Notes: a model not told the origin generated them from the letters alone. Positions 13,442 through 27,886 are shown, numbered from the stretch's first letter. The stretch is DNA of 64,000 nt from Octopus sinensis (GCF_006345805.1 NC_043014.1:40796001-40860000), one strand, 5' to 3'. Numbers and translations: made by a program.

Positions 13442-13679
13442 ATATTATATATATAATATATTATATATATAGATATATATATATACATATATATATATAC
13501 ATATATATATACATATATACATATATATAATATACATATATATATATAACATATATATTATATATACATATATATATATACATACATATATATATATACA
13601 TATATAGATACATATAGACATATATATATGTATATATATATCATATATATATATATATCTATATACATATATATATACT

Positions 13680-13719
<40 letters not shown>

Positions 13720-14123
13720 TATATAAATACATATATACATATATATATATGTATATATATATATCTATATATACATATATACATATACATACATATATAT
13801 ATATAGATACATATATACATATTAAATGTTATATATGTATCTATATATATATATATTACATATATATATATACATATATAGATACATATATACATATCTA
13901 TATATACATATATACACATATATATATATGTATATATATATCTATATATACATATATACACATATATACATATATATACATATATATATATACATATATA
14001 GATACATATATACAAATATATACGTATATATATATCTATATATCTATATATAACATATATAGATACATATATACAAATATATATGTTATATATATCTATA
14101 TATCTATATATACATACTATATA

Positions 14124-14159
<36 letters not shown>

Positions 14160-14374
14160 TATATATATTATACATCTTATATATATACATAGATAGATAG
14201 ATATATACATACATTATATATACATATATATACATCCATATATATGTACATATATTATAACATCCATATATATATACATATATACATATACACCCATATA
14301 TATATACATATACATATACACCCATATATATACATACATATACATATACACCCATATATATATACATACATATA

Positions 14375-14424
<50 letters not shown>

Positions 14425-14779
14425 TATATTATATTTTATATCTAGCATGTTGACTGTCCACTTTTCGTGTGCAGTCCTTAATTGGTATATATATATAGAC
14501 ATATATATACATATATATATATACACAGACATATATATACACAGACATATATATATACATACATAAATATACACACATACACATATATATACAGATACAT
14601 ATATATTACATATATACAGATCCTATATATATATATATACATATATACGGATACATATTATATATATATATATACATATATATACACAGATACATACATA
14701 TATATATAATACATACACATATACAAACTTATATACACATACATATATATATAGAGATATGTAAATATATATAAATACA

Positions 14780-14830
<51 letters not shown>

Positions 14831-15040
14831 TATACATAACCACACACACACACATATACATATATATATATATACACACATATACAAGTTTATATACAAA
14901 TACATATATATATACATATACATGATCTGAGATTATATATATATATAATATACGTATACATATACATATATATATATACATACACACACACACATACATC
15001 ATATGATGATGATATACATATATATATATACCTACACACA
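13230..15040. repeat. (TA)n/(CA)n/(TACA)n array
   Basis: Direct inspection. Confidence 0.97.
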
Positions 15041-16954
15041 AGATGTAGTAAACCTAGACTGCTTGAACATGTATCATAATTGTGAAGTTAAATAACCCCA
15101 ATAAAACTGTTTTAAATTCCTTGTAAGCCAAGAAGAAGAATAGATATATTTTGGTTCATCTTTTATCCCATACCAGCTAATTATTTATTCCTTCTAAAAT
15201 AGTTGTTTGATTAATCATTCATTTACTCTTCACTAATGCTGATTACATTTTTTAGTGAAGGCATGTATGTCGTTGGCAACCTCATATTCATCTTCCACAC
15301 CTGAATAAAATTCAGCTTCCTTCTAAGGAAGAAAATATATGTAAGAAAAAAAAAAATGATTTGATGAATCTACACATGACAAACACTCCTTCTCTTCCAC
15401 CCACATATATGCCCTTAAAACTAATGACAAATACATTTGTAGTGAGTTGGAGAAGGTAATCAATTATGTGTATCTTATACTAAGTAAATTCTTTCGGTAA
15501 GTTGAAAAGAAAAAAAAAATCTATTTTCAAAACTTAAGAAATGATTGTTATATAATAATATATTTGGTTCTATCTTTCAATGACTTTTCTTGCATATTAT
15601 CATAATTAAAGAGAGATAACTAAAAATGAGATACCATTAGCTATGTAAATTACATTAGATTTTCATTGATTTTAATTAGTTTTTTATTGATATAAGCACT
15701 AGATACAACATTCTTCTTAAGGCATGTAAAGTATATAGTTTTACTTTTTGCTTCCAAGCACTCAAGAAATTGACAAAAAATAGTTCAGTGAAAATTAATG
15801 TGACCTTAATTCTATTATGTGCCAACTAATGACTTTAATCATATATTATATGTAAGAGAGGTGATTTCTAAACAAGAAAGGTGTGTTGTTTTAAAATTTG
15901 CTTAAGCCTATATAGAATTAAACATGGGAATTAGCAGGATTATATTATAATTTCTCTCTTAAAAGGGAACAAAAATTCAGGATTGATTAAAATAAATAAA
16001 TGATTTAAATGTGATATGGGATGATATGAAATATAAAACTGAACTCAAAAGATTATAAGGAAGAATATAAATATAGAGTATTTGTCTTATGACTTTCAGT
16101 TGGGTATAAATAGGATGAGGATATCCAAGAAATGAAATAAATGCCAAGCGAAAAATATCAATAAATGTTCTGACTATTAAGAATTTTAAACTCAAGTGGT
16201 ACATAACCTCAAAGAACGAACTCAGTTCTATGAAGGGCACAAGATAGAATTTTTTTTTTCTTGTTAATTTCTTATTGAAAAATCCTACATAAATGAGACC
16301 AAAATATGACCAATAATTCTTTTTCTTTGAATTATTGAAAAGGAGGATTATCAAGAAACTGTATAATATTAATGAGATATGAAGCTTTTGACCCTGGGTT
16401 TTCGAAAATTACTATCTTAAGATCCAAAATGAGATACAGTTACGAATGGAGAGAAATGAAAGAAATATAAAAAAAAAAATGAATGAATGAATGAATAGAT
16501 AAATAAATAATTAGAACATGGAAAGTAACGTTAACGAGACAAAAGGTGATAGTTCTGTGTTTACTGAGACATTGAGACGGTAATTACATAAAAAGCACAA
16601 TATAAAGTGATATGATTATCTTGGAAGAAAATTTATGAGAAAGAGAAAAAAGAAGAAAGACAGAGAGAGAGGAGAGAGAGAGAAAGAAAGAAAGAGGGGA
16701 GAGTGAGTGGGAGGGGGCATTGCTAAGAACTGAGACCTACAGGAAAAAGAATTAGATTATAAAAGCAAGATGCAATCACGAGTGTTTCTCAGAGAAAAGC
16801 CATAGTACATACCTATAAGTTGTGTAACTATGGTAAAATGGAAAGGACAGAGCTAATAGTAATACAAAATAATAATAATAATAATAAAAAAGATAGCAAG
16901 TTCTTTAAGGTATATTTAATTGACATTTGAAGTTAGATGAGACTCACTCAAGAG

Positions 16955-16993
<39 letters not shown>

Positions 16994-17139
16994 AGTAATG
17001 TTAGAGACAGAACCACCTACACCTCAATCAACACTGAAAGAAGATTTATACCCACCACTCCATAAAATGTTAAAAATTAAAATCTTATACTAACTATATC
17101 TATTCTGAATCCTGTATTTCCCGTTTATAAGACTATAAT

Positions 17140-17416
17140 AATAATGATAATAATAATATATATATATATATATACATATATATATACATACATATATGTA
17201 TATATATATATACATATATATACATACATATATATATACATATATATACATACATATACATACATACATATACATACATACATACATATACATACATATA
17301 CATACATACATATACATACATACATATACATACATATACATACATACATACATACATACATATACATACATACATATACATACATACATATACATACTAC
17401 ATATACATACATACAT

Positions 17417-17447
<31 letters not shown>

Positions 17448-17493
17448 CATACATACATATATATATACATATATATATATTTATATATATATT

Positions 17494-17568
<75 letters not shown>

Positions 17569-17578
17569 ATATAATATA

Positions 17579-17641
<63 letters not shown>

Positions 17642-17650
17642 ATATACAGA
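17140..17650. repeat. (TA)n/(TACA)n array
   Basis: Direct inspection. Confidence 0.97.
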
Positions 17651-19679
17651 TACACCACATATATGGCAATGGAAATAATTAGAATTCGTTAAGTTGTTCG
17701 GTAAAAATGAATTACTTGACATGAGTTGTGAAGAGTAAGAGTTACTGAATAAAGGACAGGTATAGTTTAACAAATAGACACGCCCTGCCAAAGTTGGAGT
17801 GACTGAGGAAGCAACATTGGACAATAGTTGCACAGTTCGCATATAATTTACAAAGAATATAGATTTGGTAAAGATATTTCTTTCATGGAAATATATAATA
17901 TTTAGCATCAGTGATGGTGCTGTTCTGTTGCTTCTTCAAAATTAGCAAGAAACTAACGGCAAATAGATCATATAAAGGCATTTGTTTGAGAAAATAAAAA
18001 GCCACTGTATAAAACCCACCCACATACAATTATATTCGATTCCAACCAGTTCCTCAAAATTTTCAGATATTTTGCTTCGATTAAAACACCCAAACGTGTA
18101 ATGATAAATGCTTTGAACACAATAAAACACTGGGAATGTAAGAGATTTATTGTATTTAAAGGGAAAGGTAGATTAAAAGCACGAGTTAATGATGTGTGAA
18201 AGCTATAAGGTATTATTAAACGAAAATGAAAATGAAAGTTGAAGGAGGCACTCACAGTTGCAGACGACATATCCCCCACACATCGTTTTAGCATTGGTTT
18301 CACAACTACTTATTCAACTACATCCGCCGCCACAGAAATCATAAGTAATGAAGGGCAAAGATGAACATTTAGTTCTTGTTTAAGGAAGCAAATTTCAGAA
18401 AAGAAACGATGATAGAGCTAGCTAGCGGACGCACGGCAAATGTATCAATGAAGACAGATCGAAGCTACATACATAGGTTAAAATAACAACTCGTTTTGCT
18501 AATGATCGGGCAAAATTTTAAAGAAATACTTTTGCAAGAAGATGAACACTGGTGTATATTTAATTGAAACAATATTGTTATTGCTAATTTTTTTTGCATA
18601 GATGCAACCCCAGTGAATGCAAAAGCAGTCAGTCCATCAATAATTTGTTGCTCGTAAAATGGGAGACAGCAAATCAGATAATAAAAGCAGATACCTCATA
18701 AAGTCTCTATAAGAAAATATGAAGATTTAATAGAAGAAATTATTATAAAAATTGCCAACTCTTTCCTCAGATAAATATAGCGTTAAAATGGCTATCCTGA
18801 AGAACTGTTTGAAAACGAAAGTAGAAAACGGGGTAAATAATTAATAAATGCATTATTAAAAGAATAATAAGAAAGAATCAAATTATGAAATTACCTTAGA
18901 TGCTGCAATTAGAAGTATCAAAAAGGTAAAACTTTAGAAGCAATCACTCTGTAAGGAGTTTAAGCGATAAGGACGTTGAAATGAATGGGAAGAAGTGAGA
19001 ACCATAAATTTATCCACCTCAAATTATATGTAGTAGGGGAGGCTTTATTTTGGGTTCTATATGCATATCATTCAACAGTTATTATTTTATGTCTCTTTAT
19101 TACCGAAAAGTTGATTATACGTTCAGTATGTAAAATAAGAATAAATGTTAAGTTTTCTCCTTTTCATTTCCTATAAAAGACACCAAACGTAAGTAACCAC
19201 TATCCTGACACCCCTCCACTTTTCCAAATCCACTGCTTGCTTAACACTAAGTTTTAGGATTTAGTGTGAAAATGAACTGCTCCAACGAGAGATCACGAGA
19301 CTTGATAAATGGTCGAAGACCATCGTAAGCAGACGCACGGAAGTGACTTGTAGCATTACTTGTTTCCACTGGCGATATAGGTAGGTAGAATAAACAATGA
19401 TTTAGTTAAATTTTGGTCTCTTCATTTTCTATCGATGAGTTATTTCCCTCTATCTTATTTACCAAAGAAGAATTTTTTTTATTAATATACAGAAATATTT
19501 GATATAGAGCAAGAAAACCCGCTACAGATTAAATATTTTGTTGCAGTCAGTGTTTCTTTTTCTTCGAAAAGGTTTGCTGGGTTTCTAATTAAAGGGAGAC
19601 GGAGTGAATGAGTGAGAGCGAGAGAGAGTGAGAGAGAGAGAAAGAAAGAAAGAGAGGCAACGTGCGTGTTAGAGACACT

Positions 19680-19710
<31 letters not shown>

Positions 19711-19952
19711 GAATAGGGAGGGAGGGAGAGGTGCGTGTGCTATTTTCTACGATTGTAAACAGGTCATCGAACGAAAGTTATATAAAATTAATTAAACAGA
19801 AAAAACAACAACGATCTACCGGCGAAGAAATGTTTTTATTTTGTTTTTCTTTTAGAAGAAATGAATGAGAGGATGTGAATCGCGTAACAGGACAACCTGG
19901 TAAATAGAAACCGATGTTCATTAGAGAGATGATAGATTTTTGAATTAATATT

Positions 19953-20183
19953 GGGTCTTTTCGGTTTGAAAGGCAGTTTTTTTCTAGCGGTGTCATATGA
20001 AATTGTCACCCATAATTACGACCCTAGTATCGATCTATTGCATTTCAATCTGTCTTAGAATTTTCTCAATAAAGCCAAGAGAAAAAAGATGTTTTATAAA
20101 CACATTCTACCAGTATACGAAGTTTAAAATTTTTTAGTTACGTGGAAATTTTTTAAAAACTGCCGGTCAAACCGAAAAGATCC
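19953..20183. mobile_element. MITE with GG-starting ~29-bp TIRs and 8-bp TSD (Merlin-like), short form
   Basis: TIR gg(a/g)tcttttcggtttgaa.ggcagttttt; flanks TTAATATT / TTAATATA. Confidence 0.65.
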
Positions 20184-20519
20184 TTAATATACAGAAAAAC
20201 AAAGGAAACTGTATACAAAATGTGTGTGATTCAGATTTAGGTGAAAGAAAAAAAAGGGGGGGAGTATAATTAGTGAGGGACGTGTGTTAAATAGGGTGGG
20301 ACAGATAAAGCGCGGAGAAGAAAAGGTAAAGAGAAAGTAACGACCCTAGTATCGATCTATTGCATTTCAATTGTTTTAGGATTTTCTCAATAAAGCCAAG
20401 AGAAAATAATGTTTTATAAACACATTCTACCAGTATACGAAGTTTAAAATTTTTTAGTTACGCGGAAATTATTTTTAAAAACTGCCGGTCAAACCGAAAA
20501 GATCCTTAATATACAGAAA

Positions 20520-21030
20520 AAGTTCTAATTCCGCCGAGGTCGACTTTGCCTTTCATCCTTTCGAGGTCGATAAATTAAGTACCAGTTATGCACAAGAGAT
20601 CGATATAATCGACTTAATCCGTTTGTCTGTCCTTATTTGTACCCCCTGTGTTTAGCCCCTTGTGGGTTGTAAAGAAATAGGTATTTCGTCTGCCGCTACA
20701 TTCTGAGTTCAAATTCCACTGAGGTCTACTTTGCCTTTCATCCTTTCGGGGTCGATAAATTAAGTACCAGTTACGCACTGGAGATCGATATAATCGACTT
20801 AATCCGTTTGTCTGTCCTTGTTTGTACCCCCTGTGTAAAGAAATAGGTATTTCGTCTGCCGCTACATTCTGAGTTCAAATTCCGCCGAGGTCGACTCCTT
20901 TCATCCTTTTGGGGTCGATAAATTAAGCACCAGTTACGCACTGGGGTTGATTTAATCGACTTAATCCGTTTGTCTGTCCTTGTTTGTACCCCTCTGTGTT
21001 TAGCCCCTTGTGGGTAGTAAAGAAATAAAT
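20520..21030 (+). mobile_element. Three tandem SINE-A copies
   Basis: Repeated aattccgccgaggtcgac...aaagaaata units. Confidence 0.85.
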
Positions 21031-21956
21031 ATACAGAGTAACAAAGGAAATTGTATACAAAATGTGAGTGATTTAGATTTAGGTGAAAGGGGGTAAAAAA
21101 AAAGGTGGGGTATATAATTAGTGAGGGACGTGTGGGAAATAGGGTGGGACAGATAAAGCATGGAGAAGAAGAAAAGGTAAAAGGAAAGTATTAGAGAGGT
21201 AGATTCGCTCTTCAGTGTTGCGCCACTTAACAATAGGTTTTGGTTGAACTTTATCTCACAGCACAATTCGCCAGTTTATATTTGCCGTTAGAATATTCCG
21301 TTAATATCTTGCTGTTTATTTTTTGGTGAGTGTTTAGTGTTTTGTTTCACATTTTCCTGTTTGTATTTGTGTAATGTTAGAGTTTTTGCTTTTAATGGAA
21401 AAAATAGCGATCTATGAAAAAAAAACATTCTTCTAATTCGATGCTGTGTTTGCAATATTGCGATCTTCATGTGTTGCGCCGCTGCTGGAATATATACATA
21501 TTTATATGAACGAACATATTGTGTTTCATTTACAAAATAGATTTTTCAGAAAATGACGAAGGAACAAAAAAAAAAAAGAAACCCCTCCCCTCCTAAAAAA
21601 AAAGACAAAAACTCCCAGTAAATATAAATGATTAAGATAGAGGCATGCACACTTCATTCAATTATAGACCATGCCTGGGGTAATATGCTTTTCCCTTTAA
21701 ATTTTCTTAGAAGAGAAAGTAAAAAAACAAACAAGGAATTTTGTGTTAGCGGATGAGTAGTAAGTCATTTTTATTATAATTATCACTTTATATAACTGTG
21801 GCACTGAGCATTTTTAAATTCAGGAACAATATACGACTGATATATATTAATAGAATGGACACCACTATGCGTTATAGGTGTACGTTTCAACGAGTAAAAT
21901 TCATAATCAGTATCGATGAGTACATTACTCACACACAAACACACATATGTGATATT

Positions 21957-23919
21957 CTGTCACAAATAAAAGGTTCGACTGTTTATATTTTTAACCTGTG
22001 GCTAGACTATATTCCTCAAAGTCTGGGCGATTATTTTATACTTTGTTTAATTAAAGATTAATTAAAGATAATTAGTATACCGATCTGAAAGTAATTCTGT
22101 CGCAAATAAAAGGTCCAATTGTTTATATTTTTAACCTGTGGCTAGACTATATTCCTCAAAGACTGGACGATTATTTTATACTTTGTTTAATTAAAGATAA
22201 TTAATATACCGATCTGAAAGTAATTCTGTCGCAAATAAAAGGTCCAGCTGTTTATATTTTTTAACCTGTGGCTAACTATATTCTTAAAGTCTGGGCGATT
22301 ATTTTATACTTTGTTTAATTAAAGATTAATTAAAGATAATAGTATACCGATCTGAAAGTAATTCTGTCGCAAATAAAAGGTCCAATTGTTTATATTTTTA
22401 TCCTGTGGCTAGACTATATTCCTCAAAGACTGGACGATTATTTTATACTTTGTTTAATTAAAGATAATTAATATACCGATCTGAAAGTAATTCTGTCGCA
22501 AATAAAAGGTCCAGCTGTTTATATTTTTAACCTGTGGCTAGACTATATTCCTCAAAGTCTGGGCGATTATTTTATACTTTGTTTAATTAAAGATTAATTA
22601 AAGATAATTAGTATACCGATCTGAAAGTAATTCTGTCGCAAATAAAAGGTCCAATTGTTTATATTTTTATCCTGTGGCTAAACTATATTCCTCAAAGACT
22701 GGACGATTATTTTATACTTTGTTTAATTAAAGATAATTAATATACCGATCTGAAAGTAATTCTGTCGCAAATAAAAGGTCCAGCTGTTTATATTTTTAAC
22801 CTGTGGCTAGACTATATTCCTTAAAGTCTGGGCGATTATTTTATACCTTGTTTAATTAAAGATAATTAATATACCGATCTGAAAGTAATTCTGTCACAAA
22901 TAAAAGGTTCAACTGTTTATATTTTTAACCTGTGGCTAGGCTATATTCCTCAAAGACTGGACGATTATTTTATACTTTGTTTAATTAAAGATAATTAGTA
23001 TACCGATCTGAAAGTAATTCTGTCACAAATAAAAGGTCCAACTGTTTATATTTTTAACCTGGGATAGACTATATTCCTCAAAGACTGGACGATTATTTTA
23101 TACCTTGTTTAATTAAAGGTAATTAGTATACCGATCTGAAAGTAATTCTGTCACAAATAAAAGGTTCGACTGTTTATATTTTTAACCTGTGGCTAAACTA
23201 TATTCCTCAAAGACTGGACGATTATTTTATACTTTGTTTAATTAAAGATAATTAGTATACCGATCTGAAAGTAATTCTGTCACAAATAAAAGGTTCGACT
23301 GTTTATATTTTTAACCTGTGGCTAGGCTATATTCCTCAAAGACTGGACGATTATTTTATACTTTGTTTAATTAAAGATAATTAGTATACCGATCTGAAAG
23401 TAATTCTGTCACAAATAAAAGGTTCGACTGTTTATATTTTTAACCTGTGGCTAAACTATATTCCTCAAAGTCTGGGCGAATGTTTTATACTTTATTTAAT
23501 TAAAGCTAATTAGTATACCGATCTGGAAGTAATTCTGTCACAAATAAAAGGTTCGACTGTTTATATTTTTAACCTGTGGCTATGCTATATTCCGCAAAGA
23601 CTGGGCGATTATTTTATACTTTATTTAATTAAAGATAATTAATATACCGATCTGAAAGTAATTCTGTCACAAATAAAAGGTCCAACTGTTTATATTTTTA
23701 ACCTGTGGATAGACTATATTCCTCAAAGACTGGACGATTATTTTATACCTTGTTTAATTAAAGGTAATTAGTATACCGATCTGAAAGTAATTCTGTCACA
23801 AATAAAAGGTTCGACTGTTTATATTTTTAACCTGTGGCTAGACTATATTCCTCAAAGTCTGGACGATTATTTTATACTTTGTTTAATTAAAGATAATTTG
23901 TATACCGATCTGAAAGTAA
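21957..23919. repeat. Tandem satellite, 15 copies of a 129-bp unit (some 138-140 bp)
   Basis: Unit starts at 21957, 22097, 22226, 22364, 22493, 22633, 22762, 22891, 23020, 23148, 23277, 23406, 23535, 23664, 23793. Confidence 0.97.
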
Positions 23920-25366
23920 ATTGTTTATATAACTTAATATTACTGATAATGATTCATAAATGACATCAACTATTATTCATTCATATCCAAATATCACAGA
24001 TTCTGCTGTTAACATTATTATATTCTTTTCTTCTGACCTCGTTTATTGTTTTTCTAAAGTTCAAAGTGATTTTTCAGTTTTAATGTTTGCATATAAGATA
24101 TGATCGGAACAGGTGTCAGTTTATTATGATTTTATTGTGCAACACCAAGTCTTACTTTACAATTTCCATTCTGTTTATATTATAGTTTAAACATATGACA
24201 GTATCTCAGCAGCCTTTATTTCTTTTTACAGATTATTGTAGGATATTCGATAATTTCTAATATCATCAGCTTCGTTTCTCAAGTATTTACCGTAGTTTGC
24301 CAGTGTAAAGTAATCATTGTAATAACCAGGTATGAAACGAGCAATAAATAGTTTGATATTATAATGACACCAGATTAGATATGCATGTGGAAATAAACAG
24401 AGTGGCTGGACAGGCATTATTATTAATTATTATTATTATTATTAGTTGTAATTTCGTTTTAGAATAGTGTGTGTTTTTTTTGTTTAAATCTTAGTTACGT
24501 CTAAGATATTTTATAAGTGATATATAAACCGCCCCAGGTAAATGTATTTTATCGACCCCGTGAAGATGTCAGACTAAAATGTGATCAGCCAAGGGCAAAA
24601 CTCTGAAGACTATCATCGTCATCGTTATCTAACGTCCACTTTTCCACGCTTTCATGGGTCAGAGGGAGTTTGAGGTAGATTTTTCTATAGCCGGATGCCC
24701 TTCCTGTAGCTAACCCTCACCTGTTTCCAACCACCCACGGCCAGACATGTTTTTCACGTAAGAGTGAAAACGAACAATCTCGCTCATATGACGATGACGC
24801 TCATTTACAATCATCACGTGATGTTTAGACAAGGGTACACACACACACACACACATTTATGTATATGTGTGTGTGTATTCAGATTCCATCTACTAAAGCC
24901 ACTCACAAGGCTTTGGTTGACCTGGGGCTGTAGTAGACACCTGGCTACGGTGCTGCTCAATGGAACTAAACCCAGCATCACATAGTTAGAAAGGAAGCTT
25001 CTCAAACTTATCGCCACACCCTATACCTCATGTATGTCATCATCATCATTATCGTTTGACGTCCACTTTCTGTGCTGGCAAACCAGAAAACTGCCTAACT
25101 CTAGTGTCTACTTTGGGCAACTTCTATGGCTTGATGTTCTTCCTAACGCCTATATCATCATCATCATCATTTAACGTCTGCTTTCCATGCTAGCATGGGT
25201 TGGACGTATGACTGAAGGCTGGCAAACCAGATGACTGCACCAGGCTTCAATCTTGATCTGGCAGAGTTTCTACAGCTGGATGCCCTTCCTAATATATATA
25301 TATATATGTATAGATTGCTAGTCACTACATATTCTTTATTTTCTCTCCTTGTTTCTTTCTGTGTTC

Positions 25367-25402
25367 CTTTCTGTGGAGGAGCATAGGCTCGAAACGTTAA
25401 AG
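25367..25402 (+). ncRNA. Minimal hammerhead-like motif, core CUGUGGA
   Basis: cttt CTGTGGA g gagc atag gctc GAAA cg TT aaag. Stems I and II are perfect; A6 is replaced by U. Confidence 0.45.
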
Positions 25403-25504
25403 ACTTTTTCACTTCCCAAGCGTTGTACTAATACATCTGTTTGTTGTCTACACCACCTGTCTTCATCTTTTGTTTTTTTGTGAATTCTCCCTATATATAT
25501 ATAT

Positions 25505-25745
25505 ATATATATTTCTTTACTACCCACAAGGGGCTAAACACAGAGGAGACAAACAAGGACAGACAAAGGGATTAAGTTGATTACATCGACCCCAGTGCGT
25601 AACTGGTATTTAATTTATCGACCCCGGAAGGATGAAAGGCAAAGTCGACCTCGGCGGAATTTGAAATGGGAACGTAACGGCAGACGAAATACGGTAACGC
25701 ATTTCGCCTGGCGTGCTAACGTTTCTGCCAGATCGCCGCCTTAAA
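25505..25745 (-). mobile_element. SINE-A
   Basis: Reverse complement of the family A consensus. Confidence 0.85.
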
Positions 25746-25904
25746 TATATATATATATCATTATTGTCATCATCATTTATAGCAGTGGTTCCCAAAGTGG
25801 GCAGTACTGCTCCCTTGGGGGGGGGGGGGTTGCTGAAAAGTGGGATGACAATGAGGTGGCCAAAATGAGGTGATAGATGTAAGAAAAATATATTAATACT
25901 CTCT

Positions 25905-26310
25905 TTACTCTTACTCTTTTACTTGTTTCAGTCGTTTGACTGTGGCCATGCAGAAGCTCCGCCTTTAGTCGAGCAACTCGACCCCAGCACTTATTCTTTG
26001 TAAGCCTAGTGCTTATTCTATTGGTCTTTTTTGCCAAACCACTAAGTTACGGGGATATAAACACACCAGCATTGGTTGTCAAGCGATGGTGGGGGGACAA
26101 ACACAGGCACACAAACATATATACACACACATGCATATATATATATATACATACGACGGGCTTCTTTGAGTTTCCATCTACCAAATCCACTCACAAGGCT
26201 TTGGTCGGCCCGAGGCTATCGTAGAAGACACTTGCCCAAGTTGCCATGCAGTGGGACTGAACTCGAAACCATGTAGCTCGTAAGCAAGCTACTTACCACA
26301 CAGCCACTCA
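25905..26310 (-). mobile_element. SINE-B
   Basis: Full-length reverse complement. Confidence 0.85.
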
Positions 26311-26497
26311 TGCATAGGTTGTATGTTATTGGTATACTTCGGGATGTGTTACAGATCGTAAATCCCGTTGGTGTATTATTCATTTGATTATATATGTGAT
26401 ATATATGTGTGTGTTTTTGTTAACATAGTAGACCTGCAAATAAGGCAAATTTAACCTTTTTTTTCGCAGATTGGAAAATTGATGAACAGCATATTAA

Positions 26498-27418
26498 CCC
26501 TTCAGCATTTAAACTGGCCATATTCGGCCAAAATCTTCCGCCTGTTTTCTTTTCAAACCAACCAGATCCCACCTCTCACATCTACTTTAGGATCTTTTCG
26601 GTTTGAACAGCAGTTTTTAACATAATTTCTAAGTAACTAAAAAATTTTAAACTTCGTATACTGGTAGAATGTGTTTATGAAACATCCTTTTCTCTTGGCT
26701 TTATTGAGAAAATGCTATAGTTTGTAAGATATTTGTTGTTTTTTTTCTTCAATTTCTTCAATTTCAACCGATCAATGACGTCTATTGAGGTAAAAAAACA
26801 TTCTGTGCCGTATGAATATGTCCCTCGTTTAAGAAACAGATTGGGTTTATTTACATTTGTGAAGAAAAAAAGATGCCCTTCCCCCCCACCCCTAACCCTA
26901 ACCCTAAAACATTGAAATGCAATAGATCGATACTAGGGTCATAATTATGGGTGACAATTTCATATGACACCGCTAGAAAAAACTGCCGTTCAAACCGAAA
27001 AGATCCCTTCTCTACATTGTCATTTTAAAAATAAGCGATTTCATCATCAAAATCTCAAAGCTACAAGACAATGCCTGACTAAGTCAAAACAGTATAACAA
27101 TATAAACATTAATAAATCTCTGAACGAGATATAAACAGTAACCGCTCGACAACGTAAAGTGTACTAGCCATCTGAATGTGGCTAGCCACTGGGGGTGGGG
27201 TGTTACTGATGCTTTTAGCCCCAGGAGATCAACGTCACCAGCTGGCGTTAGACACAAAATTTCAGTGCTCTTGTGTTATTTGCGAAGGGAGGTCATCCTC
27301 CCTCGAAAACCTAAGTGATACATACGGACTATAGTTACAAGGTAATTGCCTCTCGTCAACGCATGGTAAACACCGGTTTTCGATATATTGCATTCAGAGT
27401 AATCTGAATACTAAAGGG
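26498..27418. mobile_element. piggyBac-type MITE carrying nested insertions
   Basis: TTAA-CCCTTCAGCATT ... AATACTAAAGGG-TAAA. Confidence 0.55.
26590..27006. mobile_element. Same MITE family, long form (417 bp), opposite orientation
   Basis: ggatcttttcggtttgaac...gttcaaaccgaaaagatcc; flanks CTACTTTA / CTTCTCTA (6/8); internal (CCCTAA)3. Confidence 0.7.
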
Positions 27419-27666
27419 TAAATCAGTTTGTGACCCTTATTGGTTTCTCATCAGAAGCGGCTACATCATTTGAGCAATCTCAGAAGAGATAACAGATTAG
27501 TTGATGTACGCAACTAAAACTGTAGCTTCAGAGAACTGATGCTACTAATTAGCTTATTACATGTGTTCAGCTCATTATTTCATGCGAGCACAGGATGGAT
27601 GACTAGTTAGAATGTTTGCTTCGCAAAATAGGAGCATCTGGGTCTCGCCCCCACTGCATGGTCTAA

Positions 27667-27886
27667 CCCTTTAGTATTCAAACCGGCCATATCCGGCCAA
27701 AATATTTAACCTGTTTTATATTGAAACTGACCAGATCTCGCCTCTTACCTCAGCCCTACCATGTCATTCTAAAACTAAAAAATCACATCACTGTAATCTC
27801 TAAACTACAAGATAATGCATGACTAATTCAAAACAATGTGAATAAATAAGCCTCACATTTGACAGAATAATCTGAACACTAAAGGG
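27667..27886. mobile_element. piggyBac-type MITE with CTAA target duplication
   Basis: CTAA-CCCTTTAGTATTCA ... TGAACACTAAAGGG-CTAA. Confidence 0.7.

Noticed and set aside
62-17692. Dozens of long YI/YT/CV/HT-repeat ORFs (up to 331 aa)
   Set aside because: Translations of (TA)n/(TACA)n microsatellites, which lack stop codons in several frames.
17900-19180. Unique 1.3-kb stretch with 60-110-codon open frames on both strands
   Set aside because: No motif recognised, stops are frequent elsewhere, and there is no splice support; possibly an ancient TE but unsupported.
21957-23919. Regular repeat array as CRISPR or coding repeat
   Set aside because: Whole units are near-identical with no unique spacers, the context is eukaryotic, and no frame is open.
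26890-26907. (CCCTAA)3 as interstitial telomere
   Set aside because: Only three units, and they are internal to a MITE.
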